In this document: positions 40,430 to 51,301 of the stretch, piece by piece | Position numbering within the stretch: the first letter of the stretch is position 1 | Layout: each line of letters begins with the position of its first letter | Assembly (NCBI GenBank): GCA_049472355.1 | Contig: JBLIRP010000002.1 | Location: forward strand, 35,252 to 99,251 | Direction: 5' to 3' | DNA length: 64,000 nt | Source: a bacterium | Lineage (GTDB): Bacteria; SZUA-182; DTGQ01; JAFGSM01 | Translations under genes and position numbers: made by a program | Notes under the pieces: generated by a model | Seen by the model: only the letters and a program-made list of their open reading frames with translations | Databases searched by the model: none | What the model was told of the DNA's origin: nothing

Positions 40430-41515
40430 TCAGCCCTTCCCTCCTGTATCCCCCTGTCCCTTCATCGACGATAGGATGCGGGATACAACATCCTCCGGTG
40501 CAATGGCCTCCATACATACCCTCCTTCCCATAGGACATCGCCGCTTCCGGCAGGGAACGCAGGGCAGATCGGGCTGCACCACAACGTGCCCTCGGCCGAT
40601 GGGACCGGTCCTCCGAGGGTCTGCGGCCCCGAACAGTCCGATCACCCGTGTACCCACCGCGGTCGCCAGGTGAAGGGGGCCGGTATCTCCACTCACCAGT
40701 ATGTCGCATCGGTTGAGGACTGCGGCGCTCATTCGGATGGACAGGCTGCCCACCAGGTTTAGCACCCGTGCAGGCCCGATACTCAAAAATTCCTCTGCCA
40801 GTACCCTGTCCTCTTCACCTCCGACGAGCACGGTCCTGAATCCTTCCATATCAAGGAGAATATGGAGTTGGTAAAAGAAATGCACCGGCCATCGATTGAC
40901 CGGATGGGATGCCCCCATATTCAGACATACCGTCCCCTTTGCGCTATCCCCGCCCGTATGCGCGGCCAAGACCCCTTCGGCTGCCGCCTGCTCATCCCCG
41001 GTAAGAACGAGATCAAGCGTCAAGTCTTCCGCTTCGATCCCCAGTTTCTGTAATGGCTTACAATGGTCCTCCACTGCATGGACCACCCGTGTTCCCCCGG
41101 AAATGCGCCTCTGTTTCCTATACAGGGAGGTTCCCTTCGGCCTCAGCAGCAGGGTGAGCAGTCGCCAGCGCCAGTTGCTGGGCTGATAGTTGAGGATCCA
41201 GTCGATGTTCTCCCGTTGCAGGGACCTGGCAAGCCGAATGATTCGGCCAGTCTCCGGGAGTCCCCTCCCCTTTTTAAAGACAACCACCGAATAAACGTTC
41301 GGATTATGGGCGAGGAGGTCCATCGCAGGCTCCCCCCCCACGAGAAAGATGGCCCTTGCATCGGGCAGATGCCGTTTGATCGCCTTGACCACAGGCGTCA
41401 TATGGAGGACATCCCCGATGGCCCCCGGCTTTATCACCAGAATCGCCCCGGCGCTGTCCGCCCGCATACGTTCGAGAAACCTTTCCCTCGGTATCCTTCT
41501 CATTGACACTCGCAA
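40430..41515 (-). CDS. GT9 LPS heptosyltransferase (WaaF-like)
   Basis: AIGDV, GDTGPLHLA, GLFGA.DP.RTGP, PCVPC. Confidence 0.92.
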   Translation of the reverse strand: MRVSMRRIPRERFLERMRADSAGAILVIKPGAIGDVLHMTPVVKAIKRHLPDARAIFLVGGEPAMDLLAHNPNVYSVVVFKKGRGLPETGRIIRLARSLQRENIDWILNYQPSNWRWRLLTLLLRPKGTSLYRKQRRISGGTRVVHAVEDHCKPLQKLGIEAEDLTLDLVLTGDEQAAAEGVLAAHTGGDSAKGTVCLNMGASHPVNRWPVHFFYQLHILLDMEGFRTVLVGGEEDRVLAEEFLSIGPARVLNLVGSLSIRMSAAVLNRCDILVSGDTGPLHLATAVGTRVIGLFGAADPRRTGPIGRGHVVVQPDLPCVPCRKRRCPMGRRVCMEAIAPEDVVSRILSSMKGQGDTGGKG

Positions 41516-41837
41516 CAGCCGTTAAAGGTGATTTCGTCTCCCTCGGACGATATTGTTGGCATGAAATTGGCATACATTCTGAAGAGGGAGATTGCCGTAA
41601 CAAAACGGGATGAACATGTGTCTTTCATAGCAGAAACGGAATGTTAATCATGGTGTCATCGTGTTAGGCGCCATTTTCGGGCACATGGTTGCTGATCGCT
41701 TTTGACAATGTACGGATAACATTTTATTTTATAAGTATGTATGCCCCTCATACGTGTATTATAATAGGGCATTATACCATTATCGCAGGGAAAAATTGAA
41801 CACTTTTTCATCCATTGTATATAAGCGCAGGTATTCT

Positions 41838-44006
41838 ATGGTGTCCAGAAACATCCTATGTCTCTTTCTCACCGGCATCTTTCTATCGATTACCCTGTTT
41901 ACCCCCGCAATTCTTGCGGCCCAGGGGCCATCCATGACCCCTGCCCTTCTCAATGAGTTGGTCTCCGGCATCGTGCGCAGGCCCGAGGACACGGCCCGGC
42001 GTCTTCTTCTGGGCGAGGAGGATACCACCTTCGCGCGGAAATGCGCAACCCCCATCGTGAGGATGGCACTGGCCCATCAGGACTGGCTTTCTGAAGAAAA
42101 CCGCTTCATCCTCCACCGGCCCGATGATCACCCCCTGGTTCGATACTATTCACTGGACGGTTCGGTAAATCTGACCTATGACACCCTTCACTTCAGGATC
42201 CACTACACCGAGTCGGGTTACAATGCGGTTGATGGCTCGGACGGGCTCACGGCGACCACCCCTCAATTTGTCAAGGACCTCGGTGATTATTTTGAACAGG
42301 CATGGGAGTATGAGGTGAATACCCTCAAGTATGATGCACCGCCCCCTGACGGGACAAACGGAGGCAACGAAAAATTCGACGTGTATATCCAAAATCTCAA
42401 TTACTATGGATATACCCTGGTTGAAAGCGGACATCCAATCATTGTAGTAGACAATGATTATGAAAACGACGGCTCGTATACCCTGCGGTTTGAACCTAAT
42501 CTCGATCCGGAGGACGACAAGGCCGGAAATATGAAAATCACTGCGGCCCATGAATTCTTTCATGCCATCCAGTACTATTACGACGATTGGAATGACGAGT
42601 GCATCTGGTGGGAGGAAAATACCGCCGTTTGGATGGAGGATGAGGTATTTGATTATGTGGACGGGTATCTCAACTATCTCGGCGCTCCCTTCGATGACCT
42701 GAATTGGAACCTTCGGTGGGATTCGGGTGAACCCTGGTATCCCCTTGACGGCAACCAGCCGGAAACGAGCAAGGCAAGGCCCGCAAATGTATGGTTTGAG
42801 GCACCGCACCTCTCCCTGGACACCCAAACCACCGGCGCATTCGATCGATATATGTACGGCGGCGTGATCTGGGCCAAATATCTTGCCGCCATGTTCGGGG
42901 AGGAATTCATCAAGGACAGTTTCATTATCACGGATGAGAAAACGGATGCCATCACCGCGCTCCGCCAGGCACTGGAAGACCACGGCTCCTCGCTCGAAGA
43001 GACATTTGCCGACTTCCGGGTCAAGGTGCTCACCCTGGACCCGTATATCTTCGACGAGGCGGAGAACTACCCCCTGGTGCGGCACGTGGGAAACTACGGG
43101 GGAACCAACGAGGCGGATTATCCCGTGTACCTTGACCTGGGGGATGATGTCTGCCACCTTTCCTCCCGTTATATCGGTCTCACCGCTCCCTACGGGGAGA
43201 AGAAGCTGGTGATCGACGTTGACGGGCAGGATGATTCCCTGTTCGGTTTCGCCCTCGTCCTTTTCACCCATGACGGATACGATGTGCGCTACATCCCCAT
43301 TGATGATCCTGATCTGCAGGTGGGAAGGATCGAGGTTGTCTCCTTCGGCACTGCAGGGCTTTACAAACGCGCTGCCCTCATCGCGATGAATCTTTCTTCA
43401 TCAGTCAATCCGGACGGTCGATCGGTCGAAATATTCGCCAGCCTGGAACGGATCGTCAACTATACCCTCCGCCTCCGGGGGGGACTAAACATCGTGAGCC
43501 TTCCCACAAACCTTGCCGGTGCGCACGATGCCCACGATTTCCTCAGGGTCTATTTCGATTCCTCCCAAGGCGTGCAATTTCTCGGTTTTGATCCCGAAAC
43601 CGGTCTCTGGCAGATCTCATACATGGGGGACCAGCCCATGGGGACCCCCTTTCTCCTGAACTGGCAGAAGGGGTATGTGATCTCGGTTCCCCATGCAATG
43701 AGCCTGTCCCTGTCCGGGGATCCTCCGGTCCAGACAGGCATTGATCTGACCCCTGGGCACAATATCATCTCATCCCTGACTTCCGATGCGGATACGTTGT
43801 CTCCGAAAACGGTCCTCGAATCCACCGATGCCGAGCCGGGCGAGCGTATTTCGATAAGCATCCAGAAATATGATCATGAGCAGGGGAGGAGAAAGAGCGG
43901 ATACTGGTTTTTCGGCAGATTCACCGGCAATGACTTCACGATTGAAAAGGGTGAGGGGTATATGATCGATATGCTCGAGGCACGCCCCGGCTGGAACCCG
44001 CCGTAA
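41838..44006 (+). CDS. Secreted zinc metalloprotease-like protein (MXAN_6640 type)
   Basis: Signal peptide from MVSRN; CAT motif; HFRIHY; TAAHEFFHAIQ...WWEE.TA.WME. Confidence 0.8.
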   Translation: MVSRNILCLFLTGIFLSITLFTPAILAAQGPSMTPALLNELVSGIVRRPEDTARRLLLGEEDTTFARKCATPIVRMALAHQDWLSEENRFILHRPDDHPLVRYYSLDGSVNLTYDTLHFRIHYTESGYNAVDGSDGLTATTPQFVKDLGDYFEQAWEYEVNTLKYDAPPPDGTNGGNEKFDVYIQNLNYYGYTLVESGHPIIVVDNDYENDGSYTLRFEPNLDPEDDKAGNMKITAAHEFFHAIQYYYDDWNDECIWWEENTAVWMEDEVFDYVDGYLNYLGAPFDDLNWNLRWDSGEPWYPLDGNQPETSKARPANVWFEAPHLSLDTQTTGAFDRYMYGGVIWAKYLAAMFGEEFIKDSFIITDEKTDAITALRQALEDHGSSLEETFADFRVKVLTLDPYIFDEAENYPLVRHVGNYGGTNEADYPVYLDLGDDVCHLSSRYIGLTAPYGEKKLVIDVDGQDDSLFGFALVLFTHDGYDVRYIPIDDPDLQVGRIEVVSFGTAGLYKRAALIAMNLSSSVNPDGRSVEIFASLERIVNYTLRLRGGLNIVSLPTNLAGAHDAHDFLRVYFDSSQGVQFLGFDPETGLWQISYMGDQPMGTPFLLNWQKGYVISVPHAMSLSLSGDPPVQTGIDLTPGHNIISSLTSDADTLSPKTVLESTDAEPGERISISIQKYDHEQGRRKSGYWFFGRFTGNDFTIEKGEGYMIDMLEARPGWNPP

Positions 44007-44026
44007 GTATGCAAACGACCCGATGC

Positions 44027-45469
44027 TCAATCGGGCATCAGGCGTTCCATGATCCGTTCCCCGGTCAGCACCCCGGCCGCCTTGTCAATGGCGAACCGCG
44101 CCTCCATGACATCGTAGTTGAGGGTGGCGAGGTCGGTTTTCGCCTTCACCAGCAGAAGGTTGGCATCGAGCACATCCAGGTTCGTTGCCTCGCCCTCCTG
44201 ATACCTGAGTTTCACGATCCTCATGTTCTCCTGGGCATGCTCGATCTGTTTATCGATGGCCTTCAAGGTCGCCAGGAGGTCATCTAGACGGAGAAATGCT
44301 TGTACTACCTCCAGCCGTACCTGTTTCCTCTGATCGATTTCCTGAAGACCGGAAAGGGTATGATCGTGGCGAGCCCTCCTCAGCCGCACCATCCTGGTCC
44401 CCCCCTCGAACAGGGGGAGCGAGATGCTCCCCCCTACCGTGACGGTTTCGTCGTCAGGGAAGAAGTCCTCGCCGCTCTTTTCATATTCACCGAACAGGGT
44501 GACCATCGGAAGAAAATCCCTCTTGGCCAGGGTAACCCCCATACCGGCCAATTCCTTTGATTTCACGGCGGCACGGTAGTCCGGCCTGCGTTCGTACGCC
44601 CGGTTGATGGACTCCTCCATCTCCCCTTCCTGTTCAAGGATCCCGGCAACGGGAAGGACGGTAAAGGGACCCTCCTCCCAGAAGATGACCTTCCCCAGAT
44701 TCTCATAGCTCAGGGAAAGGGCCTTCTCTGCATGAATAAGATCGCTTTGCGCATTGGCAAGCTCCATTTCCGCACGCAAGACGTCATTTTTTGCCACCTG
44801 GCCCACCTCGAACCGCCGCCTTGTAACCCTGAGGTGTTCGGTGAGCCGTTCCCTCGCTTCCCTGGCAATGGCCAGCATCTCATCCGCCTTGAGCGTATTG
44901 AGGTATGCGACGACAACCCCGAACAGGACATTCTGCGTCACCGTCTCATGCTCCAACTCAGATATCTCGATGCTCAGATGCGCCTGCGGCTTCAGCACAA
45001 GGTACTTACCCTGGTCAAACAGGGGTTGCTGGAGGGAGACACTGAACCCGTAATTATCATCGGGGAAAAATTGGGCCAGGAGCGTGTCCCCATCCTGATG
45101 GGTGTATTCAAGACTCGTAGAGAGCCTCGGGAGCATCGATGCACGTGCCTCCGGTATCCGGAGCCTGGACTGGAGCACCCGTTCCCGGGCGGCGTTGACG
45201 GAGGGATTTTGCTCCAATGCGATATCCAGGCACTCGATCAGCGAGAGGGGTCTCACCGCCTGGGCACGGCACCGGGAAGGAAAAGGAACCGAAAGGGTGA
45301 GGATTGCAGCTAACACCGCAATGGTAAGGATACACCCCTGCGTGCAGACATCATATCTCGATTTCATGGTAGACTCCCCGCAGTTGCATGCGGTAATTCC
45401 CTTTGTCAACCTTTGGTCCTGTTTGAGGGCGGACATATTTACTCCGCCCTCAAGCATACAAAGCCACAA
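44027..45469 (-). CDS. TolC-family outer-membrane efflux protein
   Basis: ALEQNP, QPLFD.G, RFEVG....DVLRA, RYQEG.AT.LDVLDA; start uncertain (probably near 45368). Confidence 0.9.
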   Translation of the reverse strand: MWLCMLEGGVNMSALKQDQRLTKGITACNCGESTMKSRYDVCTQGCILTIAVLAAILTLSVPFPSRCRAQAVRPLSLIECLDIALEQNPSVNAARERVLQSRLRIPEARASMLPRLSTSLEYTHQDGDTLLAQFFPDDNYGFSVSLQQPLFDQGKYLVLKPQAHLSIEISELEHETVTQNVLFGVVVAYLNTLKADEMLAIAREARERLTEHLRVTRRRFEVGQVAKNDVLRAEMELANAQSDLIHAEKALSLSYENLGKVIFWEEGPFTVLPVAGILEQEGEMEESINRAYERRPDYRAAVKSKELAGMGVTLAKRDFLPMVTLFGEYEKSGEDFFPDDETVTVGGSISLPLFEGGTRMVRLRRARHDHTLSGLQEIDQRKQVRLEVVQAFLRLDDLLATLKAIDKQIEHAQENMRIVKLRYQEGEATNLDVLDANLLLVKAKTDLATLNYDVMEARFAIDKAAGVLTGERIMERLMPD

Positions 45470-45517
45470 TCCGAATCACCGCAGTTGCAGCATACCCCTG
45501 AAAAGGGTATCATCAGT

Positions 45518-46219
45518 ATGATCATGAGAAATACGTCGGAAGAACATCATAAGATCATAACGGAAATTAAGGAGTTCCTCAAGGCACACCACGAGGCCGG
45601 GCTTGAGTGGACAAGATTGCCGGAACGGTGCCTGTGTCCGGCAATTCTCGCAGCATTGCAGGAATCAGCCCGTCAATGCACCCGGTGCCGCCTCTCGGCA
45701 TCCAGGACACGGGTGGTATTCGGGGAGGGAGATCCCCGGGCACGCCTGCTCTTCATCGGCGAGGCCCCGGGTGCTGAAGAGGATCGAACGGGCCGCCCCT
45801 TTATCGGGAGGGCGGGCGAGCTGCTCACGAAGATCATAGAGGCAATCGGCCTTTCCAGGGACCAGGTCTATATCTCCAGTGTCGTCAAGTGCAGGCCCCC
45901 GGAGAACAGGGCCCCTGAACAGGATGAAATCGCAGCCTGTAAACCGTTCCTGATCAAACAGATCCAGGCGATACAGCCGGCGGTCATCTGCACCCTGGGG
46001 ACGGTTTCCACCCAGGTCATCCTCAATACGCGTGATCCCATCACCAAATGCCGGGGGAAGTTTTACGATGTCCACGGTATCCGGGTGATGCCCACATTTC
46101 ACCCCGCATACCTTCTGCGCAATCCGAAGGACAAAAAACTGGTGTGGGAGGATATGCAGCGGATTCAGGCGCTCTATCAGACACTCGTGTCAGATCGCAC
46201 GGATTCCCGGGAAGCCTGA
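45518..46219 (+). CDS. Family 4 uracil-DNA glycosylase
   Basis: C..C.L, IGEAPG.EED..G.PF.G.AG, KCRPP.NR.P, TFHPAYLLR. Confidence 0.95.
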   Translation: MIMRNTSEEHHKIITEIKEFLKAHHEAGLEWTRLPERCLCPAILAALQESARQCTRCRLSASRTRVVFGEGDPRARLLFIGEAPGAEEDRTGRPFIGRAGELLTKIIEAIGLSRDQVYISSVVKCRPPENRAPEQDEIAACKPFLIKQIQAIQPAVICTLGTVSTQVILNTRDPITKCRGKFYDVHGIRVMPTFHPAYLLRNPKDKKLVWEDMQRIQALYQTLVSDRTDSREA

Positions 46220-46299
46220 AAATCATGTGTATACCATAACTGCTCAATGCAGTTCGGATTATATTCGGTATCATTGCAACCTGATTGAGAAGTGATAAG

Positions 46300-48624
46300 A
46301 TGCCCGAACGTATCGCCCAGGTCGCCCTCAGCATACCCAAGGAAAACCTCTTCACCTACCTCGTACCCCCCGAATTGACGAATACCGTGCAGACAGGCCA
46401 TTTGGTGTGTGTTCCCCTGAAAAGGCGGGAGGCAATCGGCCTGGTTGTGGGGGTCGAGGAGGCCGTACCGGGGAATACGCCTGACGGAATCGACCTCAAG
46501 CCGATCACCGCACTCCCCTACCCTGACCCCGTACTCGATCCCCTGCTCCTCGATCTGGCCCGGTGGATGAGCGACTATTACCTTTGTCCCCTCGGCGTGA
46601 CCATCAGGGCCCTCTTTCCTACGGGACTTATACCCGAGCGGATTGCAGGCATACCCGGCACCTGCGCCTTCCGGCCCAAGGCCAGGGAAAGACTGATCTC
46701 CTCCATCGCCCTCCGTCGCCCACTTCAGGAGATCGACGAATTTATCACCTCGCATCGAAGGAAGGCGCCGCGGCAGTGTACAGTGCTCGCATCACTCATC
46801 GAAAAGGGAGGAAAGGCCGCGATTGCCGAGCTTTTCCCCGGGCAACGGGTACCCTCTTCGCTCATCCGGGACATGATCAACAAGGGACTGGTTGAGCGCA
46901 CCAGGGAACAGGTGTATCGTGATCCCTACACCCCCGGAACAAAGACGAGGGAATACAGGCCAATAATCTTGACTTCCGATCAGGAGGGGGTGCTCGCAGA
47001 GCTGCGTGCCGCCCTGGACAAGGGGGGATACGCCCCCTTTCTCCTCCACGGGATAACGGGAAGCGGCAAGACCGAGGTCTACCTCCGGCTCATACTAAGG
47101 GCCCTAAAAAAGGGGCTTCAGGCCATTCTGCTGGTGCCCGAGATATCCATCACCCACCAGTTGATCGACCTGTTCAAACACCACCTCGGCGACCGGATCG
47201 CCATCCTGCACAGCCATCTCAGCGAAGGGGAGCGGCTGGATGAATGGCTGAGGATCAAGCAGGGGGAAGCGGATGTGGTGATCGGTGCACGCTCGGCAAT
47301 CTTCGCCCCCCTGCCCAGGCTGGGGGTCATCATCTGCGACGAGGAGCATGACGCCTCCTACAAGCAGGAATCCCCGCCCCGCTATCAAGGAAGAGACGTT
47401 GCCATCATGCGCGCCACCATGTGCCGCTGTCTCATATGCCTCGGCTCCGCCACCCCTTCCCTGGAAAGCTTTCACAATGCCCGCATCAACAAATACCGCC
47501 TCCTTGTCCTGCCCCTGAGGGTGACGGTTCATCCCCCGCCCTCGGTGGAAATCATCGATATGCGAGGGGAGGATGCCGAGACGGACGGACACACGGACAC
47601 CCAGGACCAGGACGAAGCGCCTCCCTCCGCGTTTTCACGAAGGCTGCGCGCGGCCATGGAAGAGGCCCTGGAGGGTGGAAACCAGGTGCTGATATTTCAA
47701 AACAGGCGCGGCTATTCCCCCTTCCTGCTTTGCCCGAAATGCGGGTATGTGCCGCGCTGCCCGAATTGCTCCGTATCATTGACCTACCATGCAACCGACC
47801 ATCAGCTCAGGTGCCACTACTGCGACTATCAGAACCGGCCCCCGGATTCCTGCCCCCACTGTCCCGATGTGCCCATGCGCCATATGGGACATGGCACCCA
47901 GAAGGTGGAGGAGGAGCTGAAGGGGGTCTTCCCCGATGCGTGCGTTGCCCGCATGGACCGCGACACCACCGGGAAGAAGGGGGCCCATGCCCGCATCCTG
48001 GAGGCTGTTGAACGGGGCGAGACCAACATCCTGGTGGGCACCCAGATGATCACCAAGGGCCTCAACCTTCCCCAGGTGGTCATGGTCGGGGTGGTGGGCA
48101 TCGATTACGCGCTCAACATCCCCGATTTCCGTTCCGCGGAGCGGGTCTTTCAGGTGATCACCCAGGTGGCGGGAAGGGCGGGAAGGGGGGACATGCCGGG
48201 AAGGGTGTTCATACAGACATTCTTTCCCGGCCATTACAGCTTTGCCCATGCAAGCAGGCATGATTACGCATCATTCTACGAGCGGGAGATAGGATTCAGG
48301 AGGCGCCTCGCCTATCCGCCCTTTTCGCGCCTGGTGAATTGTATTGTACGGGGCGCGGACAAGAAGCTCGCACGAAAGGCGGCCGGGGTTATCGCCAAGG
48401 GGATCAGGACAGCGACGAAATCCGGCGAGGTGAGGACCCTGGGCCCTGCCATGGCCCCCATCTTCCGGCTGAAGAACAAGCACCGCTACCAGATTCTGCT
48501 GAAGGCCCCTGACTATCGCCCTGCCCACCTGGCAGTCCGGAAGGTACTCGCCGATTTTTTCCGACTGAAGGAGTTCCGGAACATCTCAGTGGAGGTGGAC
48601 GTGGATCCGGTGAACATGCTCTGA
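46300..48624 (+). CDS. priA: Primosomal protein N'
   Basis: GITGSGKTEVY, DEEHD.SYKQ, GSATPS, eight-Cys zinc region, QVAGRAGR. Confidence 0.97.
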   Translation: MPERIAQVALSIPKENLFTYLVPPELTNTVQTGHLVCVPLKRREAIGLVVGVEEAVPGNTPDGIDLKPITALPYPDPVLDPLLLDLARWMSDYYLCPLGVTIRALFPTGLIPERIAGIPGTCAFRPKARERLISSIALRRPLQEIDEFITSHRRKAPRQCTVLASLIEKGGKAAIAELFPGQRVPSSLIRDMINKGLVERTREQVYRDPYTPGTKTREYRPIILTSDQEGVLAELRAALDKGGYAPFLLHGITGSGKTEVYLRLILRALKKGLQAILLVPEISITHQLIDLFKHHLGDRIAILHSHLSEGERLDEWLRIKQGEADVVIGARSAIFAPLPRLGVIICDEEHDASYKQESPPRYQGRDVAIMRATMCRCLICLGSATPSLESFHNARINKYRLLVLPLRVTVHPPPSVEIIDMRGEDAETDGHTDTQDQDEAPPSAFSRRLRAAMEEALEGGNQVLIFQNRRGYSPFLLCPKCGYVPRCPNCSVSLTYHATDHQLRCHYCDYQNRPPDSCPHCPDVPMRHMGHGTQKVEEELKGVFPDACVARMDRDTTGKKGAHARILEAVERGETNILVGTQMITKGLNLPQVVMVGVVGIDYALNIPDFRSAERVFQVITQVAGRAGRGDMPGRVFIQTFFPGHYSFAHASRHDYASFYEREIGFRRRLAYPPFSRLVNCIVRGADKKLARKAAGVIAKGIRTATKSGEVRTLGPAMAPIFRLKNKHRYQILLKAPDYRPAHLAVRKVLADFFRLKEFRNISVEVDVDPVNML

Positions 48625-48677
48625 TGCACGAAGGGATCGTTTTCTTCAGTCCGGGGAAACACCTGACGGATGCGGTA

Positions 48678-50939
48678 TTAGACCCACCGCTTTATCCATG
48701 ACTTTATCCCGCTCGAGGATTTGACCATGATGAGGGGCTTGTTGCATCGCCGCGCAACAATATCGGGAATGGATTCCCTGACCACCTGATAAATCAATGG
48801 GTCACGGGTGCTGCCCAGCACGATCAGATCGTGATGCTCCGCCTCCTCCAGGATCGCCTCAACCGGGCTTTGGTGGGTGATGGTCCGCGCCTCCACCCGT
48901 TCCGGGGGAAGCTGGATCCTCTCGTTGTTCGCCGCCAGAAAGCCATCCAGATCGAAGTGAGCCTTCCCTGTCTGGACCGTGAATGCACAGATCCTCCCGT
49001 CGTCCTCCCGTGCGAGGATGGAGGCGATCTCCAGGGCGAATGCACTGTTGGGCCCTCCGATGACCGGCACGAGGATCCGTTCGAACCGTTGCTGGCAGCA
49101 ATTCTTCACGATCACCACGTTGCAGGGTGAGCGCTCGATGATGGGGTCCACAGTGCTCCCCAGCTTGAATCCATAGGTCCTGGTCTGGCCGTGCCATCCC
49201 ATGATGAGCATGTCCGTCTTCTTCTCCCTGACCGCGCTCACAATGCCCCGGGCGATGTTCCTGCAGTAGCGGATGGTGGTGCTGATGGGAAAGAGGAAGA
49301 TGAGGTAGAGCATGGCCTCGACGATGGCCTCCTTGCCTTCGAGCATATACTCCTTCGCATCAGAGAGGGGCAACTGTTCAGGCACCTCCACCATGTGCAG
49401 CAGCTCGATCCGGGCGTACTTCGCCTTGCAGATCTTGTAGGTGGTGCGCACCAGTTCGAGTGAATTCCGCGGGTTGGCCACCGCCACCATCACCCGGTAC
49501 CCTTCGCCCTCGGGTGCCTTCTCCTCCTCGAGCACCTGGATCTCCTCGGCGGTGGCCTTTGCATGGCTTTTTGCGTAGAAATGGTATATGGCGATGCCCG
49601 CAATCGTCCAGGCAGGCGCAATGATCCAGGCAATCAGGCTCATGTGCACGAGCCATACGGCGAGGATCGCCTGGCATACGATGGCGATCACGGGAAACAG
49701 GGGGAAGAACGGCATCACGAACCCGTACTCCAGTTCATCGCTCATGTTGAACCTGATCTTTACCACGCACAGATTCACCATGAAAAAGAGCAGGAGAAAC
49801 ATGATGCTCGCGCTCGATGCCACATCGATGGTGGGAAGCGCCGTGGCCACAATGATCAATATGGCCCCGGTGATGACCAGGGCCACCCAGGGGGTCTTTC
49901 GTTTGCGCGAGATGCGGGCAAAGAATCCGGGAAGCATGGTATCCCTTCCCAGGGCGAACGACGCCCGGGTTGCGGAATAGATGGTGGCATTCAATGCCGA
50001 GGTGGATGCGAATATGACCGCAAGCGTGAGGAGGAGGTTTCCCATGGGCATCAATCGGGCTACCGCCTCTCCGAATCCCCTTTCCCTGAACTGTCCTATC
50101 CACTGCCAGGGGGCGCCGACCACCCCGGGGGAACCCGCCTTCACCGACACCACCGTTGCGAAGGACACCGCAGCATAGGTGAGGGTGACCACGAACACCG
50201 AATAGATCATCGCCTTGGGCAGGTTCTTCTTAGGTTCGATCGCCTCATCCCCGGTCTGGGCAATCACCTCGTACCCTTCAAAGGCCACGTAGGTGAACCC
50301 CATGGTGATGAGGAGCTTCGACCATCCGTGCGGAAGGAAAGGGGAGAAGTTCTGCAACCGTGATGGATCCCGAACGGCCACCAGGATACCCACGGCGCCG
50401 ATGACGAGAAGAATGATGGTCTGTCCCAGGGTGAAGAAGGCGCCGACCTTCCCGGTTTCCGACGCGCCCCGGTAATTGATGGCAAGAAAGAAGAAGGCGA
50501 TGAGCACGCAGACGATCTTTTCGGTGACCGGAATGGAGAAGGGAACCCACCCCAGGAATCCGAGCACCTCCAGATAGCGCACCATGTAAATGGCGAAGGT
50601 GACCGCATAGAGGCTTCCCGCAACGGTCGAGGCGAACCATTCGAACCACCCCGCAATAAAGCTGGTGCCCCTTCCGAAACCGATGCGTGCATAATTGTAG
50701 GCGCCGCCCGCCCTGGGGATGGCGGAGCTCAGCTCCGCGTAGGCAAGGGCCGTAAATATGGCGAGGACGCCATTGAGGGTAAAGGTGAGCATTGCCCCGC
50801 CGGGCCCGGACACGAAAATGGAATTACCCAGGCCGAGAAACACCCCGGCGCCGATCATCATCCCCATCCCCATCATGGTGATGTGAAAGAGGGAAAGTTC
50901 GCGGGAGAGCTCGGAGGTTACCTGAATCTTCTCATCCAT
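48678..50939 (-). CDS. APC-family amino acid permease with C-terminal universal-stress domains
   Basis: GMMIGAGVF, YAELSSA.P.AGG.Y, AFEGYE; two USP-like domains. Confidence 0.9.
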   Translation of the reverse strand: MDEKIQVTSELSRELSLFHITMMGMGMMIGAGVFLGLGNSIFVSGPGGAMLTFTLNGVLAIFTALAYAELSSAIPRAGGAYNYARIGFGRGTSFIAGWFEWFASTVAGSLYAVTFAIYMVRYLEVLGFLGWVPFSIPVTEKIVCVLIAFFFLAINYRGASETGKVGAFFTLGQTIILLVIGAVGILVAVRDPSRLQNFSPFLPHGWSKLLITMGFTYVAFEGYEVIAQTGDEAIEPKKNLPKAMIYSVFVVTLTYAAVSFATVVSVKAGSPGVVGAPWQWIGQFRERGFGEAVARLMPMGNLLLTLAVIFASTSALNATIYSATRASFALGRDTMLPGFFARISRKRKTPWVALVITGAILIIVATALPTIDVASSASIMFLLLFFMVNLCVVKIRFNMSDELEYGFVMPFFPLFPVIAIVCQAILAVWLVHMSLIAWIIAPAWTIAGIAIYHFYAKSHAKATAEEIQVLEEEKAPEGEGYRVMVAVANPRNSLELVRTTYKICKAKYARIELLHMVEVPEQLPLSDAKEYMLEGKEAIVEAMLYLIFLFPISTTIRYCRNIARGIVSAVREKKTDMLIMGWHGQTRTYGFKLGSTVDPIIERSPCNVVIVKNCCQQRFERILVPVIGGPNSAFALEIASILAREDDGRICAFTVQTGKAHFDLDGFLAANNERIQLPPERVEARTITHQSPVEAILEEAEHHDLIVLGSTRDPLIYQVVRESIPDIVARRCNKPLIMVKSSSGIKSWIKRWV

Positions 50940-51087
50940 TGTTGATATCCTTCAAGATCTCCCGGACGGAGCGGGGACTTTTTCGGTTAATCCGCTCAAT
51001 CGTGCGTCTGCTCCAGAAGGTGATATACGTGATAAATCCCATTGCACACCCGGTAAGGATCCATCCGATGAGCGCATCTCGTTCCAT
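50932..51087 (-). CDS. Small single-TM protein coupled to the permease
   Basis: SD AAGGAG; MERDALIGWILTGCAMGFITYITFW...; stop overlaps the permease start. Confidence 0.6.
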   Translation of the reverse strand: MERDALIGWILTGCAMGFITYITFWSRRTIERINRKSPRSVREILKDINNG

Positions 51088-51301
51088 TGTCTCTCCTTTT
51101 TGGCATATGACCCCGAAAAGGGTTACTATACACAATCACCGGTACCCTGCAATAAACTAACGAAAATATAAAGGGGTTTTTCGATCTTTTCAAGTCATAG
51201 GGTCTCACGCATTATTCGGCATACCAATCCCTTTCATTCAATTCGGGGAGAACCGATTGACTCCCAGTGCACACTGTTACTGATGTACTGCATTAGCCGA
51301 A

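Noticed and set aside
41557..41695. Sigma54-like motifs upstream of the protease
   Set aside because: Poor -12 element or off-by-one spacing
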